Shown: positions 13,005 through 28,473, numbered from the stretch's first letter. The stretch: 64,000 nucleotides of DNA from Octopus sinensis (GCF_006345805.1 NC_042999.1:59458001-59522000); one strand, 5' to 3'. Numbers and translations: made by a program. Notes: generated from the letters alone by a model not told the origin.

Positions 13005-13350
13005 ATATTATATATATATATATATATATAATATAATATATATATTATATACATACATACATATACAAGCATACAGAGATATACGCGTTTTCGTGCGTTC
13101 TTACAACAATGCACTAAATGAACTCCCCTTTGCGGCAGTAAAAATAAAAAATAACAAGAAACTCGGAACACCACTCAAAATCATAAAGTTTATGTAATGT
13201 TGTAATTAGGAAAGAATTTTTAAAACTCATACGTAATTTAATACAATCTGTTTCACTTTTTTTTTTCCTTTCCGAACACTACAACATACATACCTATACA
13301 TACATACATACATACATACATACATACATACATACTATATAATATATATG

Positions 13351-13457
<107 letters not shown>

Positions 13458-13747
13458 TTATATTGGCACTCAATGTCTATTATGTAGTATGAATTGGCCA
13501 TCAATTACGTAAGCAAAAGCAAAGAAATGCGCTGTGTTTACCATCATTTGACCATACAACATTACTCCGTTAACAGATATAATATTGAGTATTTTTTTGA
13601 TTTTCTTTTCAACTATGCGAATCTCTGCCTATTGAATATAACTATTAAGTATTATGTGCCTGCATAGGCACGGTTACATACATGTATATATACTTTCATA
13701 TATATATATATATATATAAATAGATTTACATATGTAGCCATTCAAAA

Positions 13748-13779
<32 letters not shown>

Positions 13780-14481
13780 AAGTATATGCATTTATATTTT
13801 CATACGTCATACTAACATATATACATACACACACATTCACACATATGTATATACATATACAGAGAGAGGTGGGGGAAAGAGATAGAGGGACATCGAGAGA
13901 GAGAAAGCGAGATTTGTTTTATTGTTTATTTGATATTACCGCAGCTAAGAAAACCTCTTTAATAAATATAACAAATTTAAAATCAAAATATATTATTCTT
14001 CACTTTCTGGAGTAGTTATTCAATGCTATCCTTCTATCTTCATCACATAATGAACACACAATCATATGCAATCACGTCGAGCGTTATCTCAAGCAAACGT
14101 ATTCATATATACATACTCAAACACACAGATACATGTACACAGATACATATACACACAAGCACACACAATACACGCTCACAGAGGCACTACGATGTAAGCC
14201 AGTATTTTTACATGTTTACATTTTTACATGTGTTGATATAGAATATACACACGTACACATGCAGACACAAAGTCTCCAACGGAAATTTCTCCATACACAC
14301 AATATTACATATAAATATATACGCACTCTAACCCAACAGCATACAATGAAAGCCAACGTCTACGATGAACCACAAAGGAATACGATTGTTATAAGACGCA
14401 TTTGTGTTCTGAATGTACTTTGAAAAAATGTGCATCACTAATGAGTTATGTATATAGAATTATAGATATATGTTAAGTATT

Positions 14482-14532
<51 letters not shown>

Positions 14533-14928
14533 ATGTATGTATGTATGTATGTATGTATGTATGTATGTATCTATCTATCTATCTATCTATCTATCAATCA
14601 AGAACTTGATTTATATAATCGAGTTTGTTTATTCGTGAAAAGTCGACGACTTGCTTATGCTGAAAGCTGGACTTTCATGAGAATTGCAATATGTCAGGCC
14701 TTAGAAGAAAATTATTGTTCGATATTACATAATCAACATCACTAGAAATGAAACTCCGAGTAACTGCTGAATAAATCAATCACTTTTCCCTTGTGTATGT
14801 GTGTGTTGGCTTATGTTTTTTGTTAGTGTATATTATATTATATATAGAGAGAGAGAGCGAGAGAGAGCGAGAGAGACGGACAGACAGACACACACAAGGA
14901 GAAAATTATATTAAAGAAGCAATATTCA

Positions 14929-15326
14929 TTTCTACTCTAGGCACAAGGACTGAATTTTATCGAGAGGGGGCCAGTCGATTCGATCGACCTCAGTACGCAA
15001 CTGGTACTTAAATTTAACGACGCCGAAAGGATGAAAGGCAAAGTCGACCACGGCGGAATTTGAACTCAGAATGTATAAAGACAGACGAAATACCTATTTC
15101 TTTACTATCCACAAGGGGCTAAACACAGAGAGGACAAACAAGGACAGACAAACGGATTAAGCCGATTATATCGACCCAGTGCATAACTGGTACTTATTTA
15201 ATCGACCCCGAAAGGACGAAAGGCAAAGTCGACCTCGGTGTGATTTGAACTCAGAACGTAGTGGCCGACGAAATATCGCTAAGCATTTTGCCCGGCGTGC
15301 TAACGTTTCTGCCAACTCGCCGCTTT
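14929..15326 (-). mobile_element. tRNA-derived SINE family B (Meta-domain-like), dimeric copy with target site duplication
   Basis: Two tandem units of CCGAAAGGAYGAAAGGCAAAGTCGACCWCGG..GATTTGAAC; flanked by TAAAGAAGCAATATTCATT / TAACGAAGCAATATTTATT. Confidence 0.85.
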
Positions 15327-16739
15327 ACTAACGAAGCAATATTTATTTTTTTATTACTCACAGGGATTTGGTAGTTTTGGTATATGTTAGTGATTTGGTA
15401 ATTTTGTTATACATTAGTGAGTAGATAAGAAAATCAGAAATTCCTATGATTGTTAATGAAATGTAATGCTAGGTTTGAGGCGAGGTTAAACTTAGAAGAT
15501 TCTGTTTCATACTAAAATTGGACGATAGTTATAGGACTAGATCGGACAGAAAACATATGAAAATTTGCATTTTATGGAAATAATGTAATGAAATTAATTA
15601 TGTAATCACAATACTGCTTACTGAATTTTAAAATTTTGTTATTACTCATAGATTTAAAGTTTTCCAAGAAAAAAAAGATGGATGTCTTTAATCAACATTA
15701 GCAAATGCGTAAGCTTCCTTTACCGTAAGTTCTAAATAAACTAAATATGTAATGTAAACGAGTTAAATAAAGTAATATATTTAAATTACACATCTCATAT
15801 CTATGAGACATACTAGCTGCAGCAGCATGCTGCATATAAAATTAGATTAAATTAAAATGGAAAGCGTCCAGATAAAAATTAAGTGGATATTTGAAGAATC
15901 GAAGTTAAACCTTATTTTATTTGCAGTAAAATATATCTTTTATGGCTTTGAGAGAGGAATTATGAGTTCAGTAGTTGAAATTAACTAACGGGGAAATAAA
16001 TAGTTCTAAACTTTAATACTATTAGTAGCTTATAGAGATTTGAATGATATATGGACCTGCAAAGAAATAAACAAGCTGTGTTAATTTGTATGTTTAAGGG
16101 GGAGTTTACATGTTCAGCATCTAATAAACGTTCGAGTGTGTTTTAATACATGTTTTAGTATTGGTAAAAGATTAAATGAGAAATTTAAAGCGACTGGCAA
16201 AGTTTAATATAAAGTTTTGAGTTATGGCGTGGAAATGAAGTGTCTTACGACAAATCAAATTAAACAGCTTAGAAGTGCTGATATGACGAGAAGGATTAAG
16301 AAAAATTTGAAGAAATGGTATTTGAAAGATGGTAAAGCGATAAAAACTTAATATTCCATAATTACATGCAGTGAGAAAAAAATAGATCTTAAAAAGTATA
16401 TTGTAAAAGCAGTTAGCCATGCTAAGAATTTATGAACTGGAGAATTTATTGCCGTTATGATGACATAAGATAATTACAAATCGGGATGAATAATATGAAC
16501 GTGAATATACCAAAGGAGATTGTGAAGTGGGACAAAATGAAAATTATGTTGTATAACCGCGTTGATGATACAGAAACCATGACCAAGTCGTCAGCAATAT
16601 TTTCAGATTTGTAGTAACATAGTGTATGATCAAAACCATTCTTTGTAAGGATATGTTAGATCAGATGTCATAAAATTCAGACATATCAAGAGCTTCAACA
16701 TCTCTTTGATGGTTTGTACACTATCCTTCTTGTGAGAGT

Positions 16740-17340
16740 TTTCAAACATCTCGCCTTCAGTCTAAGACCACAGAGAATTTATGAACATATTCCACCCAAT
16801 TTCACAAATGCTGCATAATACAGGCTTGGCTTTGGTGCTGTTAAACAGACCATACCAGATGCGCATCATACTAGAGGACTATTGACTTGCATTAATGTTA
16901 TAGGCAGAGACAAAACATGAACCTGAGGGTCAACTAAAGCTAAGGAAGGGAGCAGAGATTCCGGGGATAGCACAGGGAAGCAGATCTCAGTTGCAGTACT
17001 TAACAGATATGTTTTATGAATTTGATAGGTGTTTATTAAATGATAGTTGCAGTTTAGATTGTAAACAGATATATACTATATTTTTACTACCCCAAACTAG
17101 ATGGTTTTCATCCAGCTGCATACCACCTGTAAGGTCACTATCTATTCACAAAACGAAGCATTCGTGTTTCACATAGCCCTCCGACTTTCCTTCAAAGCAC
17201 ACACCCAAACATGAACAATACTCATCCTTCATGAATCGTTCACTATCACCGAGACTTTTTAGTTGAAAACAAATCTTTAATATCGGTAAGGATGTATCCG
17301 AAAGAATGGCTCTCTTTAGAAATAAAATGTATTTCATCCT
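16740..17340 (-). pseudogene. Decayed LINE ORF2 C-terminal remnant
   Basis: DEYCSCLGVCF resembles the EYKYLGV motif; a later degenerate EYAS-VW-like motif occurs in the expected order. Confidence 0.3.
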
Positions 17341-17836
17341 CCCATAATAATTTCTGACATTCTACAAAACTAAATTAGAACTCACAATCGAGCATTTTGT
17401 TGCTACGGATACAGTCATTCTGGACGAGAGAAGCCCGCTCCATCGATTAATATAAAAACCACTCACATATGCGTTTCAATCTCTGGCCAACAAGCATCCT
17501 GTCTTCCCTCTCTGACTTTTTTGATTACTGCTGTGTTGGCTTCTCTTACTTGAATATGGTTGTTCTCTATCTCCTCTACTCATACTCTCCGTGTCCTCTC
17601 CTCTCACTACATTTCATAACCACTGTGTCCATATAGCACTAAACACTGCTATAAGTCCTTCCTTCACAAAACATCCACACTCTCCAATCCCATTCATTTT
17701 CATGCGTTTACAGATATATCAATCTCACCAGTCTCGGAGTGACTGCGAATATAATGGGCTTTACCACTTTTCCCTCACAGCTAGATGAATAAATAAATAA
17801 GCAAATAAACAAATAAATACATAAATAAATAAATAT

Positions 17837-18001
17837 GCGCAGGCGTGGCTGTGTGGAAAGAAGCATGATTCTCAACCACATTGCTCCAGGTTCAACCCCA
17901 CTGCGTGGCATCTTGTTAACTTCTTCTACTATAGCTTCGAGCCCACCAAACTTTGTGAGTGGATGGACTTGGTAGAGGGAAACTGAAAGAAGCCCGTCGT
18001 A
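17837..18001 (+). mobile_element. SINE family A head (diverged)
   Basis: Matches the family A head through GAAAGAAGCCCGTCGT. Confidence 0.8.
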
Positions 18002-18014
18002 GGTATATATATAT

Positions 18015-18061
<47 letters not shown>

Positions 18062-18373
18062 TATATATATATATATAATATATATATATTATATATATAT
18101 ATCCATATATACATATATACATATATATAAACATAATCAAATAGGTTAATAACATAAATTATTATTACCAGTGGCCTAGCACAAAAGACGAATTAGTCAT
18201 TAGACAATATATTATTCATATAGAAATATAATAAAAGGCTTTCAAAAAAGGAAGCGTAGTGCTTCCTTTTTGGAAGCCTTTTATTATATCTATATATACA
18301 TATATATATACATATATGTATGTATGTATGTATGGTAGAGATGTAGTAGATGTATATATTATATATACATATA

Positions 18374-18404
<31 letters not shown>

Positions 18405-18415
18405 TATATTATGTA

Positions 18416-18474
<59 letters not shown>

Positions 18475-18519
18475 ATATATATATATATATATAATATATA
18501 TATATATATATCTATATAA

Positions 18520-18780
18520 GAGAATTTACAAAAGACGAAGACGGTGTGTAAATAACAACAGATGTATAAATTTAACGCTCGGTAAGTTAGAAAGTCTTTT
18601 ACGTTTCGAGCCTACGCTCTTCCACAGAAAGGAACACAGGAAGAAACAAGGAGAAAAAATGAAGAATGGGTAGTGGCTAGCAGTCTCTTATGGCGAATTC
18701 CGAACAGAGGGGTCTCACATGAGAGCTAGGAAGAAGGGGAGAAAATAAAATAGTGATGATCCCAAAACGAAGGTGCGCGT
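18520..18780 (-). mobile_element. Penelope-like tail with a degenerate hammerhead (18596-18631)
   Basis: Minus strand CTTT-CTGTGGA-A-GAGC GTAG GCTC-GAAA-CG-TA-AAAG gives stems I-III around a mutated core; ends in (AT)n. Confidence 0.5.
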
Positions 18781-19439
18781 GCGTGTGTATAAGAGAACAT
18801 GTATGTGCGTGTGGAAGAGGGCTGTTTACCTTGACGTGTGCGTGTGTATATGTGTAGGTGTGTGGATAATGGCGTGGGGCTGGGAAGTGGTCAGTGCTAG
18901 TGTGTGCTTGGTGGTGTGATGTGGTGTTGTGTGGTATGGTGGTGTATGGTGTGGTGGTGTGTGGTGTGGTATATGTATAAATATATATATGTATATTTAT
19001 ATATACATATTCATACATAAATGCATACTTACATATATACATGCATACATACATATATATGTATATATATATCTGTATATATAAAAGGCAGGATGTGTGT
19101 GTGTGTGTGTGTGGTGTGTGTGTGTGTGTGTGTGTGCGTGCGTGTGTACGTGGATGTAATTTATGCACGTTCACAAATTAGCACGCATGTCGCTCCAATT
19201 TTAGGAAGACGTTCGCCATGACTCTATCTGTATTATCTTCAACTTATTTTTACCAGAGGCACCAGCGAATAGCAGCGAAAATAAATTTTCAGCCAACACT
19301 TTTAACAATTTTCGAGTCGGAGAAATCAACATTGTTTGCAAACAGGAGATAAGTTCCCTTCTAGAGACGATTAAGTTTTTGTTAAGATTTTTGTTGTTTT
19401 TTTCCATCGAGGAAAAAAGTGGTTTGTTGAAATACGGGC

Positions 19440-19470
<31 letters not shown>

Positions 19471-19552
19471 CACACACACACATGTATTCGCACAAAAACA
19501 TGTAGGCAATAGGTGTACATACGTACGTGTGTGTATGTGTGTGAGAGTGTTG

Positions 19553-19590
<38 letters not shown>

Positions 19591-19675
19591 TTCAACGGAT
19601 TTCGTCCAAATTTTACGTCGATATTACTTAGTTTTGTTTGAAAAAAAAGCTTGGTTAGCTTAATAATCCTAACTT

Positions 19676-19702
19676 AATCCCGGGCAAAGCCAGGTGATAC
19701 TG

Positions 19703-19706
<4 letters not shown>
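19676..19706 (+). mobile_element. Possible Helitron 3' terminus
   Basis: CCCGGGCAAAGCCAGG GC-rich hairpin about 10 nt before TACTGCTGA (degenerate CTAG), in AT-rich context. Confidence 0.3.
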
Positions 19707-19749
<43 letters not shown>

Positions 19750-19796
19750 TATATAGATATAATATATATATATATACATATACATACATACATAAT

Positions 19797-19847
<51 letters not shown>

Positions 19848-20670
19848 CTAATATATATATAATAACAAATTAATAAATAAAACATGCATATATACATACA
19901 TATATGTACGTACCTACATCTATATGTATATATACATGCATATATTGGTACAGGACACCAAAAAAACGTCGAACACAATGAGAAACGAAAATATGAACAC
20001 AAAACCAAGGAAATGGACATTTTTCTTGAACAACGAAAAAATAGAGTACAACTCATACAACACAAGGAAAATTCCCCTTTTTCAGCCTCCTCTGTTTCAT
20101 CAACTCCGCGCGTCGAAGGTAAAGGCGAGACACGACTTCGTTGAAACAATCCTTCCCGCAAAAAGCAAATTAAATAAAATTTGAGACTTTTTTGCGGAGG
20201 AGTAAAAATGGTAACAAAAACAGGGCAGTAAAGACGGTACAAAATATAAACAGTAAAAGACAGGACAAGGAGAATAACAGTAACACAAACATGGAGAGCT
20301 CTTAAGCCAGAACGAAAGAAAAAATATTTTGAACGCTTTTTGAGGACAGCAAGAGAGAGACAGGAAAGTCGTCCACACTTGAAGGAAGCCAGGTCAGAAA
20401 GACAGTAGTAGCCTCGTCGCGGGTCAACGACGGGAGGGAGGAGGAGGAGGAGTAAGAGAAAGGGGGAAAAAGGGAAGGATTGTAGAGAAAACCAGAAAGA
20501 ATGAAGAATGAGAGAGAGAGAGAGGGACAGTAAGGTAGATGAAAAGGAAACCAGAAAGAATGAAGGATGGGAGAGGGAGGTGGACAGAAAGGTTAAGAGT
20601 GCGCATCATTATTAATATTAAGATAAAATTACTTAGAAATGGATGCGTGCGTTCCGTCATATAATAACAA

Positions 20671-20701
<31 letters not shown>

Positions 20702-21268
20702 TGCGCACACCTCTCTCAGATTGGTGAAAATGTGTATGTGATAGCATACATATGTTTGGTTTGCGTATCCTATGTATGTGTAGCATTGACAGGGAGGAAA
20801 ACGAGAATGAGAAGAAAGAAGATATTTTGAAATAGATAAAACCTAGAAATGTTCTCTTGCACACAGATTTAGCTGAAACTTACCGACGTCATCACAAATT
20901 ACAACTTAAAAATATATAGCACAGATTTCGACTGAAATTTTTTGAAAGCAGTGATGGAAAAAGGAAGTGCGTATATATATTTTTATGTATTGTTAAGATC
21001 TTATGATAAAATATATTTATTGCTTGCACCAAAAGTTTCACTATCAGAGCCAGACATAGCAAGTGCAAAAATCTAATACTTTAAGTTAAGTAAACACAAC
21101 GCAAGAGAACACTTCACGATACGCTGTGTGTGAAACGATTTCAGATAATAATAATTTATGTAATTATATATTTTATCTTGGACTCCAGTAAAATTCGTTT
21201 GTTATTATGAAGAGAAAAAGACGATAATAATGATGATGATGATGATGTTGATGATGATGATGAAAATG

Positions 21269-21335
<67 letters not shown>

Positions 21336-21336
<1 letters not shown>

Positions 21337-21883
21337 CACTTTTAATCATACATAGCCATCTTTTTTCTCTGTCTGTCTTATCTTCAACATCCCTATGAAA
21401 TTATCCATGGAGTCTTTCTTTATCTACCTATTTTCAGTTTCATTCCTTCTCAAGTCTCTGTACAGTGCTTTATCTTTGTAACCTTCTATCCTATACAAGC
21501 TTGACCTTCTTACTTCCAATATTAGCGGTTCTCCGGAACTTTTTACATACCATGCTATGTTGTTTTCTTCTGCTCTAATGCTATGTTCGCATCCAATCAG
21601 TCCCCTTTCCTCTCTTTTTCGTAGTCCATACAGTCTGTATCTGTCACCTTTTGGGTTGAATATCACATATCTAGTCAGAAAATTCCCTGTCTTTCTGTAT
21701 AAGATGTATAGTTCGTCTGCTGTCCATGTGATTATCCCTGCTCCATTTGTATAGAGTGAAACCGCTAGGTAATGGTAGCTTCAATCTTATACCGTCTGTT
21801 TAATTTCGACTTAAGGATTAGTCTCGGTCTACGCAATTACTCTACTTTAAACTTTTCAATCATTTCTTTCTCCATCAATTTAA
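21336..21883 (-). pseudogene. Inverted 5' segment of an R4/Dong-like LINE insertion
   Basis: ORF 21424-21666 (NPKGDRYRLYGLRKREERGLIG...) matches the HPKYDIERLYIERIEGGGGLI region of the main LINE. Confidence 0.8.
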
Positions 21884-22608
21884 CAAAAAAGGTGGCTATG
21901 GATGACTAAAAGTGATTTAAAACCAGAAACGGAACTCTAATCTGTGCTACCTAAGAGCAAGCACTAAGAACGAATTACATCAAATAGAGAATAAACAACA
22001 CATCAGAAATTGATGCGTGCAGAATTTGTGGACAAAATGGTGAAACCGTATGGCATATTACTAGTCGACTAGCCCAGAAAGAATATTAGAGACGTCATGA
22101 CAATATAGCAAGGATTGCCCATTAGACACTTTGCAACAAGGATGGACTTGACAAAGCAAAAAAATGGTACAAACATAAACTCGAAGGCACAATCGAAAAT
22201 GATAATGCAAATCCTATGAGATTTTATATTTCAGTGCGATCATGAGATAGAGAATAGGAAACCAGACATAGTGTTAATTGAGAAAGAAAGGAAACCATGC
22301 ACAGCTGAGAACAAGGTATGCGATAAGGAAGAAAGAAAAGTTGATACTTAGCTTGGGAGGTTAAGTAGCTGTGGTCACTGAAAAAGGTGGTAGTAGTACT
22401 AATAATTGTCGGAGCCCTGGGAACTGAGTAAAAATCTTGAGAGGTACGTGGAACAAATATGACCTACAATAAAGATAGAGCACTTGCAGTAAACAGCACT
22501 GCTTGGAAACGCTCGAAAACTCTGAATGCTAAATAAGAGGTGTTACCTTAGTTCACCGATAGTGAAAAGCTGACACCGTAGTAAATCTCCAGCGTTATAG
22601 TCTGTGCA
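21884..22608 (+). pseudogene. 3' segment of the same LINE: CCHC knuckle and REL endonuclease, decayed, with (AAT)n tail
   Basis: KRWLWMTKSDLKPETE...CRICGQNGETVWHI...RRHDNIAR...RKPDIVLI with stops and frameshifts. Confidence 0.8.
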
Positions 22609-22638
22609 ATGACAATAATAACAATAATAATGATGATG

Positions 22639-22717
<79 letters not shown>

Positions 22718-22763
22718 CGATGACGATGAAGACGACGACGACGACGATGACGATGACGATGAC

Positions 22764-22794
<31 letters not shown>

Positions 22795-22795
<1 letters not shown>

Positions 22796-23040
22796 CTCTA
22801 AAGGTCGTGCCTAAAATAATTGGTGAGTTGGGAACAATATGCCAAGATACAGACAAATGGTTGAAGGAGATTGGAACAGAATGCCTGGTAGAACTCCTAC
22901 ACAAAGATTGTTTCTTAGGGACAGCAAGGAGGGTTCTAAGCACGTGAAAGACAGCTGAAAACTTGCGGATAACTTAGATTACAGGTAGTAACCCACTACC
23001 AACACAAATCCAACAAGGAATAAGACCGAACCTAAAATAA
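22795..23040 (+). pseudogene. 3' end of another R4/Dong-like LINE
   Basis: KVVPKIIGELGTI...ELLHKDCFLGTARRVL C-terminus, then a short UTR and AAT tail. Confidence 0.7.
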
Positions 23041-23069
23041 TAATAACAATGGTGATGATGATGATGTTG

Positions 23070-23290
23070 ATTTCAAATTTTGGCACGATGCCAGGAGAGG
23101 TTTAATCGATTCCATCGACCCCAATATACCGCTGGCACTTATTTTATCGACCTCGAAAGAATAAAAGGCATAGTCGATGTTGGGGGAATTTGAACTCAGA
23201 ACACAAAGTCAGAAGAAATGCCTCTAACCATTTCCTTCGACTTTCCGACGATTCTACCAGCTTCCCGCTTTGACACGAACTGCCTTTGAA
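23070..23290 (-). mobile_element. SINE family B, diverged copy (others at ~28020-28190, 51210-51415, 55230-55430, 61225-61440)
   Basis: TTTTATCGACCTCGAAAGAATAAAAGGCATAGTCGA...GAATTTGAACTCAGAAC motif. Confidence 0.7.
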
Positions 23291-23364
23291 GATGATGATG
23301 ATGATCATCATCATCAAGTCGAAGACAAAGTGATTGTTTCTTTCGCACTAAGTTACGTAACATA

Positions 23365-23533
23365 GGCGTAGGAGTGGCTGTGAGGTAAGTAGATTGCTTA
23401 CGAACCACATGGTTCCGGGTTCAGTCCCACTGCATGGCACATTGGGCAAGTGTCTTCTACTATAGCCTCGGGTCGACCGAAGCCTTCTGATTGGATTTAG
23501 TAGACGGAAACTGAAAGAAGCCTGTCGTATATA

Positions 23534-23566
<33 letters not shown>

Positions 23567-23803
23567 GTATGTGTGTATGTATGTATGTGTGTGTATACGT
23601 TTGTGTGTCTGTGTTTGTCCCCCTGACGTCGCTTGACAACCAATGCTGGTGTGTTTACATCCCCGTGACTTAGCAGCTCGGCAAAAAGAGACCGATAGAA
23701 TAAGTACCAGGCTTACAAAGAATAATTCCCGGGGTTGATTTGCTCGACTAAAGGCGGTGCTCTAGCACGGCCACAGTCAAATGACTGAAACAAGAAAAAG
23801 AGT
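23365..23803 (+). mobile_element. SINE family A, full copy
   Basis: Complete head, internal microsatellite and tail. Confidence 0.9.
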
Positions 23804-24417
23804 AATATATTCTGTTTAATTCCGTGCTTTAGATGGTTCCTTGTGAGAGGATTGTGATTCTGTGACACAACCAAGTATTTTACACTTATAGTTTTGAGCT
23901 ATTTGCTTCGTACATCCTGTTGTTAGTTTTCATTCTCTATCTTGTTCTGCTTCGTTTAATTTTTGATCAATGTGAGACTTTGCTTAAAATCATTTATTAT
24001 AACATGCTTGAGTCTCATTTCAACGTAATTTCTATTATTTTAATGTTCCTGTCATTTCTGTCTTCCTTATCACGAAGAATCGAAATAACCGTTCTACACG
24101 CTCTATTTCAGTGGTAGAACATTTCCCGCTAGTGGAGTTATGTAATGCAGCTGAATGTTGCAATAACATTCTCTCTCTCTTACTTTCTATGTCTCTGTCT
24201 GTCTCTGTCTCTTACGCACGCATTCACGGGCATATTGGTGGAGGCGGGCGATTAGCGATTCGGGTGTTGTAAATCTGTGATTTCCATTCCTGGACAGAGC
24301 GATGCATTGCGTTCTTGAACACTATATTTCCTTCCAAATTCCTCCACACCTCTCAGCAGACAAAAATGAATAATCCTGTATCGACTGGTATCTCTCTCAC
24401 TCTCTCTCTCTCCATAT

Positions 24418-25601
<1,184 letters not shown>

Positions 25602-26209
25602 GCATACATACATGCATACATACATACATACATACATACATACGTACATACATTTATACATATACATATGGAAGGGTAAGGTGGGGATGTGCGGAGAGAG
25701 AGTAAGAGAGAAGAGAGAAGAGAGAAGAGAGAAAGGGGAAGAGTGAAAGAGAGCAACAGAGAAGAGAAAAAGAGAGTAGGGGTGAAGAGCAGTAGGAGTG
25801 AAGAGAAGTAGGAGTCGGGACAAGAGAGGAGAGTTGGGTGGGAGGAAGTCGGAGGGGGCAAGAGGAGGAGGTTAGATGAAGAGGGGAGGAGAGTTGATCC
25901 CAAATGGCGTAAAGAAGCGAAGAGAGAAGATTAATCCCTGTTCACGGCGCAAACGGGAGTCAAGATGGCCTCTGTGCAAGGACAATCCGAAAACGGACAG
26001 GTGTTGCAAAGGTTTTGGTCGGCCCGAGGCTGCAGTAGAGGACACTTGCGCAAGGAGCGAGCAGTGGGAGTGTAACCGGATCTATGTGGTTGGGAAGGAA
26101 GCTTCTTACCATACAGCCACACACACACACATCACATGCACACACACATACAATCAAACACGCATACACATACAAACACACACACATATATATATAATAT
26201 ATATATATG

Positions 26210-26257
<48 letters not shown>

Positions 26258-27226
26258 ATACACATACACACACATACCTTTCGTCGAGACCACTTCACTC
26301 ATAAGGCATTGGTCAACCTGAGGCCCTAGAAGAAGACACTTGTCCAGGGTACCATGCAGTGGGACTGAACGCGATGCCGCATTGTTGTAAATTTCTTAAC
26401 TACACAGCCACACTGCACGCCCTCTTTCTCTCTTTCTTTTTGTTTCTCTCTCTCACTCTCTTTCTCTGTGTGTGTATATATATATATGTATATACGCATG
26501 TATGACGTATATATTGAGTGAAAGAGAGAGAGAGAGAGAGAGAGAGAGATTAATAGATACATGCATACACCTCACACACGCATGTACATATGTGCACACA
26601 TACACACACACACACACACAATACACAAAATACACAAACCTTCTACAACATTATTACTACAACACAGATGTTTCCAAATATTTTAAGAGCAAAGTGTTAG
26701 CGTCTTGGATCGTAGTTCTTGATTTCGTGTTTGTACTCTGTGACAGGAATTAGGAATTTTCATTAATCGTGGCTTTTAAGCCATTTTTGCCGGAACACGT
26801 TGCGAATGCAACATATTATTAGATAGAATTAAGCTTTGACAGCTTGTCACAGATCTCGGTGAGTTTCACCTGTATTGTGTCAATTAGATAGGAAGGTCGG
26901 GAGAACAGGATGAAGATGATTGAAAGAAAATCCTGCTTTTCCAAGAGTAAACCATCATATTCTATACATTTAGTAAAAGATTTCCAGAAAATAAAAGCAG
27001 TGATATAGCAGATATAGTAGAAGGCAGAATCAGAGAAACGACGAAACGGTACTGACTAAATTGTTCTTACAAAATTCTGTCTAATATTTTAGCTGTATCA
27101 CGCAACATTCTTAGTTCGAATCACACTGACTTGGGAAGGAAGCTTCTTACCACACAGCCACACACACATACACACACATACATACAATCACACACGCATA
27201 CACACATACAACAACACACAGTATAT

Positions 27227-27272
<46 letters not shown>

Positions 27273-27325
27273 GAGCAAAACGCCCCCCGCCCAATGGACG
27301 GTGCTGAGTTGTCAAACATTTAAAC

Positions 27326-27385
27326 CAAAGTTTCTCAAAACAACGTGTCCGACCGTCCCATAGGCCTCCCCTTTGAGAAACACTG
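27326..27385. mobile_element. 60-bp hAT (Charlie-type) MITE
   Basis: TIRs CAAAGTTTCTCAAA / TTTGAGAAACACTG; 8-bp TSD ATTTAAAC / ATTTAACC. Confidence 0.65.
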
Positions 27386-27750
27386 ATTTAACCTAAATTT
27401 GAGACACCAGCAAAAGAAGAAATAAAGATAGACTTTATTTCAATTCTAAAGGAAAACGATTTTATTCACACAAATAGGAAATCGAAGAGTTTAAAGTACC
27501 AGTAATGATAAGGCTGTTGACTGGGAGAACACAAACATGGTTTAAACAGTAAGCTTGGCAGGAAAGAAATGTGCCTTTAAGCAGTACAAAAACAACAAAA
27601 AATGGAAGGTGCAGGCAGTTATGTACAGGTTGACGGAAGAAAAGCAGGACAAAAACGGCTTTGTCGATCGCATTCTCATCTGGAATCGATTTTTATAATA
27701 TTTTCAAGACTTAAACACGCCCCGATACCGCCGGTATCTACATATGTGTG

Positions 27751-27793
<43 letters not shown>

Positions 27794-28473
27794 CATACAC
27801 ACACACCTTTCGTCGACTAACTTCACTCATAAGGCATTGGTCATCACTTTTAGCTCCATAATTTTCTTTTTAAATTTTGCACAAGGCCAGTAATTTTCAA
27901 GGGAGAGGCACTAGTCCACCACATAATCTCTAGTACTCAACTGGTACTTATCGCTAGAATGTTGCCCTGCGCAATAACAACTCTGTCATCTCACCATCTT
28001 TGTAACGTCTATAATATTTTGTCTTTCTACTAGAAGTACAGGACCTGAAAATATGGGAGAGGCGGTCAGACGATTACATCAGCACCAGTGCTCCATTGCT
28101 GCTTATTTTATCGTTCCCACATAGATGAAAGGCAAAGTCGACCTCAGCTGTTCGGCGCAGTAATGATTCTGCTCGCTCGCGACCTTTTCAAGGTATATTA
28201 GTGGTATAACTCTTGTTGCTGTTCAAGATGATGCTGATGATGATGGGGGTGATTGGTGGTTGGTAAGGCTGATATTTTCTTTGCATCCCGAGTTATTCAC
28301 GAGTACCACCATCCGAACAAGAATACATCAACGCAGTTGCTCAACACACTAGAAATAACAGCCTAAATTTCCGTGAAATGAAATCCTGTAATCGATGTGA
28401 TCGACTTACTGCTTCTCAAATTTCAAGCCGTGTGTCTATAGTAGAAAGGATTATTATTATTATTATTATTATT

